From IMG/VR virus record IMGVR_UViG_3300025053_000005, positions 1-43,248 of that record: a stretch of 43,248 nt of DNA. One strand, written 5' to 3'. The stretch is from a virus. Taxonomy: Duplodnaviria; Caudoviricetes. The position numbers were made by a program, and so were the translations under genes. The notes under the pieces were generated by a model. That model did not search any database and was not told where the DNA came from. It was given only the letters and a program-made list of their open reading frames with translations. The number at the start of each line of letters is the position of its first letter. The first letter of the stretch is position 1. Shown in pieces: positions 18,078 through 25,331 of the stretch.

Positions 18078-18164
18078 GGCTAACATTACGTTCAACCTTC
18101 GCTCCCTTTGGTCGCCTGACCTGCCGCAAAAGGCGCGGCAGTCAGGGTTAACTCTACGTTATGC
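18078..18164 (+). other. attC 5
   Basis: R'' GGCTAAC (complements GTTAGCC at 17849), GTTCAACC...GGTTAAC, R' GTTATGC; longer branched central region. Confidence 0.9.
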
Positions 18165-18332
18165 CCCTACGTCCGGCGGCTTGATCTTGTGCCGACGTTT
18201 CAGGGCTTCCTCAATCAGCACGGCCCGGCTCTCCGGCTGTTCGTCCATCCACGCCAGCAGCCAGCGCGGAAGCTTCAGGCTCACCGGCACCTTAACAAGT
18301 GCCGGCGGCTTTTTAGGCGCACCGGCAACCAT
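18159..18332 (-). CDS. Cassette 6 ORF B, 57-aa ribbon-helix-helix/CopG-like protein
   Basis: MVAGAPKKPPALVKVPVSLKLPRWLLAWMDEQPESRAVLIEEALKRRHKIKPPDVGA; ATG overlaps the ORF A stop (TAATG); not in the ORF track. Confidence 0.7.
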   Translation of the reverse strand: MVAGAPKKPPALVKVPVSLKLPRWLLAWMDEQPESRAVLIEEALKRRHKIKPPDVGA

Positions 18333-18541
18333 TACGAATTAAACCCGGCCAACTGCCCAACGGTAGGCGCCTGCACCATCGAAACATCAACCCACTGAAT
18401 CCGTTGATTAGGGTTTTTGTCCTCAATTGTTGCATCGATCACGCCAACCTCACGCACACCCAACTCCTGTACGCGGTACATGGTCGCGTCAACTTCATGG
18501 TTCATAACAACTAAATCAAATACTGCTGGCAGCTTTTTCAT
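18332..18541 (-). CDS. Cassette 6 ORF A, 69-aa hypothetical protein
   Basis: GAGGTG RBS; downstream of the cassette promoter. Confidence 0.7.
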   Translation of the reverse strand: MKKLPAVFDLVVMNHEVDATMYRVQELGVREVGVIDATIEDKNPNQRIQWVDVSMVQAPTVGQLAGFNS

Positions 18542-18580
18542 GATCTACACCTCTCGCAATTTGGTTCAGGCCAATCCTTC

Positions 18581-18631
18581 ACCATAATTACAGTATATAC
18601 CTTATTTCAATTAAAGTCAATACCATAATTA
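18581..18631 (-). promoter_or_regulatory. Sigma70 promoter in cassette 6 with flanking direct repeats
   Basis: Minus strand TTGACT (18620-18615), 17 bp, TATACT (18597-18592); ACCATAATTA at 18581 and 18622. Confidence 0.8.
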
Positions 18632-19281
18632 TCGGGGCATAACCCGGCGCTCAACTCGAACTGCGCGAAGAGGCCGCGCAGTCGGTTAGCTCTACGTTCG
18701 GCGATTTCCTTGGGGTAGTTGTGGACGGTGTTTCTTGCCATCAGTTGGCTGCGGCTGATTAATTCCAGATTGCCGATGTCGCAGTTGTGCCGGTTGCCGT
18801 CCTTGAAAACCAGGGCCATGCCGCGAGGCGGGTATTCGCCATGAGCCAGTTTCCAGTTCCAGCGGTGGAGCGGAACCCACGCTCTGGCGCCCGGAGATGT
18901 CTTGATGTCGATATAGCCTTCCGAGTTGACGCGCAGGCTGCCGACTTCGCGCCGGTTGGGTGGGGTAGTGCCGGGCTTGAAGCGGGTTTCGTGCGATCTG
19001 CCACCGGAGTCCCATGACAAGCCCTTGTTCCAGGGCGTCATGCCGGGCTGAAAGCGGGTTTTCTCGCCGCGCTTGCCGTCGGTGCGGCCTGCTGCTGGGC
19101 TGGACATATAGGCTGGCGACTTGCGCAGGCCCATCGCTTTGGCTTTGCTGATGACCTGTTTTTCACGCAGGCCCATGGAGGATGCCAGCCGGGCGGTATG
19201 CTCAACAGGAAAGCGGCGCTGCAGTTCTGCTGTGTCGGATGCCGTCCAGGTGTGGCGGTTCATTTTAGCTTTCATCTTCAC
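18607..19281 (-). CDS. Phage HNH endonuclease-like protein; last ~30 aa read through attC 6
   Basis: TRFQPG..PWNKG repeats; HRWNW...HG..P..M.LVFKDGN..NCDI.NLELISR..LM.RN.VHNYP. Confidence 0.75.
   Translation of the reverse strand: MKMKAKMNRHTWTASDTAELQRRFPVEHTARLASSMGLREKQVISKAKAMGLRKSPAYMSSPAAGRTDGKRGEKTRFQPGMTPWNKGLSWDSGGRSHETRFKPGTTPPNRREVGSLRVNSEGYIDIKTSPGARAWVPLHRWNWKLAHGEYPPRGMALVFKDGNRHNCDIGNLELISRSQLMARNTVHNYPKEIAERRANRLRGLFAQFELSAGLCPDNYGIDFN
18637..18702 (+). other. attC 6
   Basis: GGGGCATAAC complements GTTATGCCCC at 18158 over 10 bp; GCTCAAC...CTGCGCG/CGCGCAG...GTTAGC; R' GTTCGGC. Confidence 0.92.
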
Positions 19282-19760
19282 GCCATCTCCACATTATTCA
19301 ATGTGCCGTCCATACCCGGCTCGGCATAAACCACCCCTGCCTCCCGCATCTTTTCATTCACCCACAACACGTAAGCGCGGGCCTGCTCCAGCCGGTGTTG
19401 CGGGCTGGTAGTGAAGTAATTGGCGATGGCCGGCATGGTTTCGCGCAGCGTCACCAGCTCCGGGCCGCTGGCGCCGTATTGGCCGGTCTTGTCGTGGCGG
19501 CGGCGGATGCCGATGTAGGCGGCGATGGCGGCATCGCAGATGGACAGCATTTCCGCGTGGCGCGTGTCCACCGCGATCTTGTGGCAGACGTTGAGCAGGT
19601 AGGCGACGGTGTTGCTGTCTATGGCGTCAAACGTGGCGCTGGCCAGCTTGTCGGTGAAAAAGAAGCCCATGATATCGATGGGGACGCGAATCTCTGGCGC
19701 CAGCCAGGTCTGGAGCGGGCGGGGCCGGTATTTGCGGCGCGGTTTTTTGGTGGTGGCCAT
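19278..19760 (-). CDS. Hypothetical early protein
   Basis: 160 aa, basic N-terminus KKPRRKYRPR; coupled to the HNH gene. Confidence 0.7.
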   Translation of the reverse strand: MATTKKPRRKYRPRPLQTWLAPEIRVPIDIMGFFFTDKLASATFDAIDSNTVAYLLNVCHKIAVDTRHAEMLSICDAAIAAYIGIRRRHDKTGQYGASGPELVTLRETMPAIANYFTTSPQHRLEQARAYVLWVNEKMREAGVVYAEPGMDGTLNNVEMA

Positions 19761-19886
19761 TTCCGTCCTTAGAAATAGGTCTGCATCCGGACGCAGACTT
19801 TCGCCAGCATCCTGCGCTGATCAAGTGTTGCCGTGGCGCGCAAATCTCTGGTGATAAGCCTCGCGCCAACTGCTTTTGATTGGGTT

Positions 19887-20192
19887 TCAGTTAAGCAGTC
19901 GTTCATGAAATCCGGCTCGTCCGTCATCCAGCGCGGCAGAAATAAGCTCAGTATTGAATATCGGCTCACCACTTAACACCTCCATTACCTTCGTGAATAG
20001 CATCTGACGCAGTTCTTTGGACATGTCCGTGAAATCTATGCAGTGAAGTGCGCTCATTGCCGCTTCATCTTTTGCGCTCATGCGCCCGCCAGTGATGACC
20101 ATCGCGTGTCGCACTTCGCAAATGCTGAACCGCCGTCCTTCAAACATCTTCTTGATCCCGAGGATCGCGGCCTGTTTATGGAATTCATCCAT
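19887..20192 (-). CDS. Hypothetical protein (MDEFHKQAA...)
   Basis: ATG overlaps the upstream TGA. Confidence 0.55.
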   Translation of the reverse strand: MDEFHKQAAILGIKKMFEGRRFSICEVRHAMVITGGRMSAKDEAAMSALHCIDFTDMSKELRQMLFTKVMEVLSGEPIFNTELISAALDDGRAGFHERLLN

Positions 20193-20413
20193 CACGCGGC
20201 CCTCCGCCAGCCTTGCATGGCCGCTATGATGTTGCGCATGGCCATGTCGGGCGTCATCACGATATTGGGGTTGGTGATTATCCCGCGCCAGGCGCGTGCG
20301 CCGCATAGCCTGGAACAGGTTTGGCGATTGCTCCATTCAGATGGCGGTTCTTTTGGCCGGCGCACCAGCGCGATGCCGCAACATTTGCAGGTTTTATCGG
20401 TCGTGTCTGACAT
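20192..20413 (-). CDS. Small Zn-finger protein
   Basis: CKCCG...TCSRLC. Confidence 0.6.
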   Translation of the reverse strand: MSDTTDKTCKCCGIALVRRPKEPPSEWSNRQTCSRLCGARAWRGIITNPNIVMTPDMAMRNIIAAMQGWRRAA

Positions 20414-20579
20414 TTGTCTGTCCTTCCGCTTGTTCGATGTGCTTGCGGGCCACGTCGATGGCGATGACCGAGGCCGGGTAGTCCGATTTGTCGATGGCGT
20501 AAATGGCTTTCTCCAGCCATTCGATGGCCATGAATGCGTGCTGTATCTCGCTGGCGCGATGGTCGGTTAGCGCGGCCAT
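20394..20579 (-). CDS. Hypothetical early protein
   Basis: MAALTDHRASE...; part of the tightly packed leftward operon. Confidence 0.5.
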   Translation of the reverse strand: MAALTDHRASEIQHAFMAIEWLEKAIYAIDKSDYPASVIAIDVARKHIEQAEGQTNVRHDR

Positions 20580-20658
20580 GATTCGCCCGCCTTGATCCAT
20601 GCCAGGCGCCAGGTGTAGCCCAGGGCGCGATAGAAGCGCAGGGCAAAGATCAGCCGCT

Positions 20659-20895
20659 TCATGATGCGCGCCTCGATTTATAGTCGAGACAATGCGCCAC
20701 GCTGTTGAGCGGAATCAGCTTGCCGCGACACTTGAGGTCGCCTTCCTCCGTCTGCGTGGGCTTGACGCACTCGGCGCAGGCGAAGGGCTGGAACAGGCGC
20801 GGGTGGGCCTTCATCGCTTCCTTGTGGATGGCGTCGATGGCGGCGGGGTCGCCCTGGGCGGCGATCAGGCGGCTGTGGAATGGTTCTGGAATCAT
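20659..20895 (-). CDS. Hypothetical Cys-containing protein
   Basis: 78 aa, CAEC...C...C; overlapping start and stop. Confidence 0.55.
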   Translation of the reverse strand: MIPEPFHSRLIAAQGDPAAIDAIHKEAMKAHPRLFQPFACAECVKPTQTEEGDLKCRGKLIPLNSVAHCLDYKSRRAS

Positions 20896-21095
20896 GCCGC
20901 GTCTCCCGCAAAGGCGCCGGGGGTGGAGAGCCAGCTTTCCCGGTCGGTCTGTTCGTAGGGGTCGAGCAGGCCTTTGAAGTCTGCCGGGCGCACCAGTCGT
21001 GCGCCGTGGCGCGAGATGGTCAGCAGCAGGCCTGTGGCTGCCTGCAGCTCGGCGGTTTGCTGGGGCGTGTGGACGCCGATGACGGGGATGTTCAT
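20892..21095 (-). CDS. Hypothetical early protein
   Basis: 67 aa; GGAGG RBS, ATGA coupling. Confidence 0.6.
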   Translation of the reverse strand: MNIPVIGVHTPQQTAELQAATGLLLTISRHGARLVRPADFKGLLDPYEQTDRESWLSTPGAFAGDAA

Positions 21096-21340
21096 GCGGC
21101 CTCCTGCTGTGGAATCAGATCGTCACCCGACCGGGCGGCACTCTTTGCCATCTGGATCAGGCAATCGGCCAGGCGGATGGCCTCGGCAGGGTGGAGGTGC
21201 AGGCCGAAATCGCCGGTGAACACGGTGCCGATCTGGATGCAGACTTTCGCATCCCGTGTTTTGCCATCCGCATCCCGGCTAGCCGTAAGGTGGCCGACAT
21301 AAACCATCGTCCCGCTTTCCAAAATCGTGCTCATGCTCAT
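21092..21340 (-). CDS. Hypothetical early protein
   Basis: 82 aa ending QQEAA, which carries the RBS for the next gene. Confidence 0.6.
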   Translation of the reverse strand: MSMSTILESGTMVYVGHLTASRDADGKTRDAKVCIQIGTVFTGDFGLHLHPAEAIRLADCLIQMAKSAARSGDDLIPQQEAA

Positions 21341-21370
21341 TTCCGCTCTCCTTTTAATTGTCTGGTGCCG

Positions 21371-21808
21371 TTACCCGCAAGATTTCCAGATTATTCTTGC
21401 CTTTATCCTTCTAATCGTTTCTTTTGAAACATGGTATTCATCGGCTATTACTTTGTTAATTCTTGCGTCAATGCGTATCAATTTGACTTGATCGCAATTT
21501 AATTTAATTCCTACTCCAGCCAGTTGTGGGAGCCGCCATCTATTCCTATTTTTACTGACCATATCTTTGTTATTTTCGGATACAGTTCCAGCAAATAGAT
21601 GGGAAGGATTTACACACTTCCTGTTGTCGCACTTGTGGCAGATAACTGATCCGTCAGGAATCATTCCGTGCGCTAATTCATACGAAAACCTGTGAGCAGA
21701 AACGCGCTTTCCTTTAAAGTAAAACTGGCCGTAACCAGTACTTCTAATTGATGCGGACCATTCCCAACATCCTTCAGACTTAATTACTTTCTTCCAGAAG
21801 CGTTCCAT
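21371..21808 (-). CDS. HNH homing endonuclease
   Basis: RFWKKV...CWEW...GYG...AHRFSY...[20 protein letters not shown]; AT-rich. Confidence 0.9.
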   Translation of the reverse strand: MERFWKKVIKSEGCWEWSASIRSTGYGQFYFKGKRVSAHRFSYELAHGMIPDGSVICHKCDNRKCVNPSHLFAGTVSENNKDMVSKNRNRWRLPQLAGVGIKLNCDQVKLIRIDARINKVIADEYHVSKETIRRIKARIIWKSCG

Positions 21809-21900
21809 GGTGATTCCTTATTTACAGGTCAGTTATCAAGGAATCCTTGACAACTCAGCTACCGGCCCGGCTGTACCGGGCGTTTTTGATGCGATGGGTA

Positions 21901-21942
21901 AGTATAGCCATACTAAACAACCAATGTCAAGCAGCACTAAAC
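21901..21942 (-). promoter_or_regulatory. Leftward early promoter PL with two operators
   Basis: Minus strand TTGACA (21930-21925), 18 bp, TATACT (21906-21901); operators GTATAGCCATACTAAAC (21902) and GTCAAGCAGCACTAAAC (21926). Confidence 0.8.
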
Positions 21943-21990
21943 TATTTAATTATTTTGTGGCAAAATAAATGCACTCGCGGAATCGCGGGC

Positions 21991-22016
21991 AACAAAAAAC
22001 CCGCAGAAGCGGGTTT
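21991..22016 (-). terminator. Terminator of the repressor operon
   Basis: AAACCCGC-AGAA-GCGGGTTT with a T-run on the minus strand. Confidence 0.7.
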
Positions 22017-22036
22017 GTAGTGGCTGTTTTATTGTT

Positions 22037-22357
22037 TTATTCCCGGCGGTCTTTCATTTTGGCGTCGTAAACGGCCTGCCACTGCATGTTGCTCGGCGCG
22101 TCAAGTCCACAGCGCTTGAGCGCGACGATATGGTCGATCACGTAGCCCGGGCATGGTCCGCGACGTAACCCGTTTGACGGACAGGGATTAGTTTGCTTGA
22201 ATTCGTTCCGTGAAGCGGCGCTGCGCTTTATTTTTCCGTTCGCGTCGCGTTCACAGCACGAGCACTGCGATCCATGCGCAGGGAAGGATAGCGTGACCAG
22301 CAGGAATAAGATCAGCCTATATGACTGATCCGCAAGAGTGGCAGACAGATTTTTCAT
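22037..22357 (-). CDS. Signal-peptide-bearing HNH-like protein
   Basis: Hydrophobic LILFLLVTLSFPAHG; RD..G.IKRS....F...NPCP.......CPGYVIDHIVALK..G.D.PSNMQWQ. Confidence 0.7.
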   Translation of the reverse strand: MKNLSATLADQSYRLILFLLVTLSFPAHGSQCSCCERDANGKIKRSAASRNEFKQTNPCPSNGLRRGPCPGYVIDHIVALKRCGLDAPSNMQWQAVYDAKMKDRRE

Positions 22358-22685
22358 TGTTATTCATCGATCCGCAACGGATGCATTTCTTCTGCTGGTT
22401 GGCGTCCACCTGTTCTCCGGTCAGTTTGCATCCGCAATGCTTGCAAACTCGCGCGTCTTTCATTATAAGTTCTTTGCAATCAGGGCATCGTACGTGCGTT
22501 TCTGGTGTCGGCGATGCGTCTACTGGCTGCGTGATCCTTGATTGGACTACCAGGGCAAAAATAATACCAATCAGCGGTGAAAGCAGAACGGAAAGCAGGA
22601 AGAAACCGAATCCAGACCGGCCTTTATTGGATGCAATAATCCCGGCGATGATGCTGAAAATCATCCAGAATACAAATATTTCCAT
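22317..22685 (-). CDS. Membrane protein with zinc ribbons (lysogenic accessory)
   Basis: Two TM segments around KGRSG.G.F.LS..LSP; CPDC..CKHC..CIRC..CHSC. Confidence 0.8.
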   Translation of the reverse strand: MEIFVFWMIFSIIAGIIASNKGRSGFGFFLLSVLLSPLIGIIFALVVQSRITQPVDASPTPETHVRCPDCKELIMKDARVCKHCGCKLTGEQVDANQQKKCIRCGSMNNNEKSVCHSCGSVI

Positions 22686-22757
22686 AGCTGATTCCCTTAA
22701 TTCGTCATAAACAAATGACGCTATTCTAACCCTTGACCAAGCGCAGGCAAGGTCGGG

Positions 22758-23150
22758 TTATTGTGTCTCGCTGCGCTGCTGAAAACTTAGATTCTTTGAT
22801 GCCTCGCGCGCCATGTTAAGCATCGCGTCCCTTATCTGCGGAACGGCTGCCCTGTAACCGAGCAGCAGTTCAACTTCATCGTTTGGCGGGGGTTCCGTTA
22901 TTTTGAACTGGCTCTTTAGTGGCTCCTTGAGCGCGCTTGAATAATCGTTCTTACCCAAGATCAGCCAATCCAGCGAGAACTTGAATTCTTGCTGTAGTTT
23001 AAGCAGGCGCGGTGTCGGTGGAATAAGTTCATCATTCTCCCATTGCGAAACCATTGCTTTCGTGACCTCGCATATCTCCCCAAAGCTCGATTGTGAGAGC
23101 TTGTGTTCTTTCCTGATGCTCAATAAACGTTTGCCAATAGTCATCTGCAT
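22758..23150 (-). CDS. CI-like XRE repressor without a peptidase domain
   Basis: IGKRL..IRK...LSQ..FG....VTKAMVSQWE...SLDWLILG; divergent from cro. Confidence 0.85.
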   Translation of the reverse strand: MQMTIGKRLLSIRKEHKLSQSSFGEICEVTKAMVSQWENDELIPPTPRLLKLQQEFKFSLDWLILGKNDYSSALKEPLKSQFKITEPPPNDEVELLLGYRAAVPQIRDAMLNMAREASKNLSFQQRSETQ

Positions 23151-23153
23151 ATT

Positions 23154-23219
23154 GTATAGCCCAACTAAATCGCCGTGGTTTAGTGGTGCTTGACATTCAA
23201 TGTTTAGCATGGTTAAACT
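23154..23219 (+). promoter_or_regulatory. OR region: three 17-bp operators and PR
   Basis: Operators at 23154, 23178 and 23202 (24-bp spacing; GTWTAG-N5-CTAAAC-like); TTGACA (23190), 18 bp, TAAACT (23214). Confidence 0.8.
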
Positions 23220-23226
23220 ATGCCTC

Positions 23227-23451
23227 ATGAAGATAAATCAAATAGCGGGATTGGCTGGTGGCGTTGTTGCGCTATCGACCGCGCTCGGCCTCAGCAGGGG
23301 TGCCGTGTCGCAATGGGACAAGGTTCCCGTCGATAAAGTGCTGAGGGTTTGCGACCTCACAAGCTGGCAAGTCACCCCCCACGAACTGCGCCCCGACATC
23401 TACCCCAACCCATCCGACGGCCTGCCCGTCGATCACCAGGAGGCGGCTTAA
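23227..23451 (+). CDS. Cro-like (YdaS-type) regulator
   Basis: AGG...LS..LGLSRGAVSQW..VP...VTPHELRPDIYP. Confidence 0.85.
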   Translation: MKINQIAGLAGGVVALSTALGLSRGAVSQWDKVPVDKVLRVCDLTSWQVTPHELRPDIYPNPSDGLPVDHQEAA

Positions 23452-23556
23452 TTTTTTATGGATGTCCATGTAGACATCCTATTTTTTTGTCCTTTATGAA
23501 TCACCCCTAAGCGCCCCTAAATTGAATTTACTTTTAGGGGGAGTAAGGAGAAAGCC

Positions 23557-23955
23557 ATGGCTCAGGAAAAACTGTTCTACGACGATGAGTTCGAGGCGTT
23601 GAACATGATGGTTAGCAACAGCGAGAAGACGGCCAAGGAATTGGCTTCTTTCCTGTTCCCGCATCTCAAGCCGGAGTCGTCTTATGCGCGCCTCAAGTCG
23701 TGCCTGAATCCGGAAAAGGATGAGCGCCTGACCTTCGGCCAGATCGTGGCTGCGATGCGCTTCTGCAACCGCTTCGATCCGCTCTATTTTGCTTGCGATG
23801 AGACATTTCACGGGCGCCCGGAAATCAAGGCGCCAGAAGACGAGGAGGCCAAGCTGGCGATGGTGATCAGCGAGGCTGCCAGCGTGATGGATAGGGCGCT
23901 GAAGAAGATCAATGCGCTGCAAATGCGCAAGACAATGCGGGTGGCTCATGGATGA
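23557..23955 (+). CDS. CII-like regulator
   Basis: AAGGAG RBS; follows cro; LKSCLNPEKDERL pattern. Confidence 0.55.
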   Translation: MAQEKLFYDDEFEALNMMVSNSEKTAKELASFLFPHLKPESSYARLKSCLNPEKDERLTFGQIVAAMRFCNRFDPLYFACDETFHGRPEIKAPEDEEAKLAMVISEAASVMDRALKKINALQMRKTMRVAHG

Positions 23956-24148
23956 CATCGACCGCGCCCAGGAGCGCGAAGCCAAGGACCGCGAGCTGTG
24001 CCTGGCACAGCGCAAGCCGCAATTGATTCCATGTGGAGTTTGCTTCAACTACAGCGAGCCGGTCGAAGGCCGCGCCGAGTTCTGCGATGCGTACTGCCGC
24101 GAAGATTACGAAGCCCGCGATGCGGCCATGTTGAGGGCGGGGCGATGA
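23948..24148 (+). CDS. TraR/DksA-like Zn-finger protein
   Basis: MDDIDRAQE...G.CFNY.EP....FCDAYC.EDY. Confidence 0.65.
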   Translation: MDDIDRAQEREAKDRELCLAQRKPQLIPCGVCFNYSEPVEGRAEFCDAYCREDYEARDAAMLRAGR

Positions 24149-24279
24149 TGCCCGCCCACACCTTTATTTTCAGCAAGGCCCGCGCATTGGCCCGGCGCAT
24201 CCCGGTCGAGCAGGACAAGAAGCAGGCTGCGCATACCGTGTGCCAGCGCCTGGTGGCGCTGTTGAGGCTGGCTAGATGA
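24145..24279 (+). CDS. Small hypothetical protein
   Basis: ATGA overlaps at both ends. Confidence 0.4.
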   Translation: MMPAHTFIFSKARALARRIPVEQDKKQAAHTVCQRLVALLRLAR

Positions 24280-25331
24280 GTGATCTGACGCTAGACCAGG
24301 CCGCCGATGCACTGGCCTGCATTCCGCCCGATGATCGCAGCGTGTGGGTTTCCATGGCGATGGCGCTCAAGGCGGAATATGGCCAGGCGGCCTATGCCGT
24401 GTGGGATGCGTGGAGCGCCGGGTCTAAAACCTATCAACGCAAGCCTGCCCTGGCTGTCTGGAAGTCGATCAAGCGCGCCGGGCGCGTCACGCTCGGCAGC
24501 CTGATTTATGAGGCAAAGCAGCATGGCTTTGTGATGCCGCGTGAGGAATTGAGCGAGGAACAGCGCCAGCAGCGCCAGCAGCAGGGCGAGGCGCGCCGCG
24601 CAGTGCTGCAGCGCCAGCTAGAGCAGGAGGAAGCGGATCGATCGCGCCGCGCGGCGCATGCGTCGCTGCGTGCCGGCAAGCTGTGGCGCCTGGGTGCGGA
24701 TACGGGCGTCTCGCCCTATCTGGCGCGCAAGTGCGTCATGTCGGAGTCGGTCAAGTTTCTGCCGGATGGCACGCTGGTGGTGCCGATGATTCGCTATGAC
24801 CTGCCACGCGCCGCCGCTTTGGTCGGCGCTCAATCGATTTTGCCGGATGGCGCCAAGCGCTTCACGCCGGGCACAGCCAAGCGTGGTTCCGCCTGCCGTC
24901 TCGGGCTGGTTGAAGTGGGCGCGCCCTTGCTGGTGTGTGAGGGCTATGCCACGGGCTGCTCGATCCGCATGGCGCTGGATGGCCGCTATCCGGTGTTCGT
25001 GGCGTTCGATGCGGGCAACCTGGTGCATGTGGTGGAGATCCTGCGCGGCCTGTATCCCTCCTGCCCGATTCTGATCTGCGCCGATGATGATTGGCGCACG
25101 CAGGGCAACCCTGGGCGCACCAAGGCGCGCGAGATTTCACGCAAGGTGCCGTTTGTGCATACCATCGCGCCGGCGTTTGGCGTGACGCGCGCCGACAAGG
25201 ACACCGATTTCAACGATCTGCACTTGCGCAGCGGCCTGGCCGTGGTGGCGAGGCAGTTTTCCGCGCCGCTGGCTTATCTGCGGCATCTGAAAGTTAGAGT
25301 GTCCAAGGAGGTTTCCCATGGCGCTCGATAA
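24276..25331 (+). CDS. Primase (PriCT-2 plus TOPRIM)
   Basis: AL..IPPDDR..WV.M.MALK...WS; VCEGYATG, AFDAGNL, CADDD, TDFND. Confidence 0.9.
   Translation: MSDLTLDQAADALACIPPDDRSVWVSMAMALKAEYGQAAYAVWDAWSAGSKTYQRKPALAVWKSIKRAGRVTLGSLIYEAKQHGFVMPREELSEEQRQQRQQQGEARRAVLQRQLEQEEADRSRRAAHASLRAGKLWRLGADTGVSPYLARKCVMSESVKFLPDGTLVVPMIRYDLPRAAALVGAQSILPDGAKRFTPGTAKRGSACRLGLVEVGAPLLVCEGYATGCSIRMALDGRYPVFVAFDAGNLVHVVEILRGLYPSCPILICADDDWRTQGNPGRTKAREISRKVPFVHTIAPAFGVTRADKDTDFNDLHLRSGLAVVARQFSAPLAYLRHLKVRVSKEVSHGAR

Larger units (their letters stand above)
16274..18702 (+). mobile_element. Integron attI and six-cassette array
   Basis: attI crossover plus six attC sites. Cassettes: 16358-16673, 16674-16984, 16985-17265, 17266-17849, 17850-18158, 18159-18696. 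Confidence 0.93.

Noticed and set aside
17381-18151. 256-aa + strand ORF across cassettes 4-5
   Set aside because: It spans attC sites and is antisense to ORFs with good RBSs; likely a shadow frame.
16617-18702. CRISPR array or plain terminators as an explanation for the spaced palindromes
   Set aside because: The units differ in sequence, are separated by whole genes, show R''/L''/L'/R' architecture and lack U-tracts; no cas genes are present.
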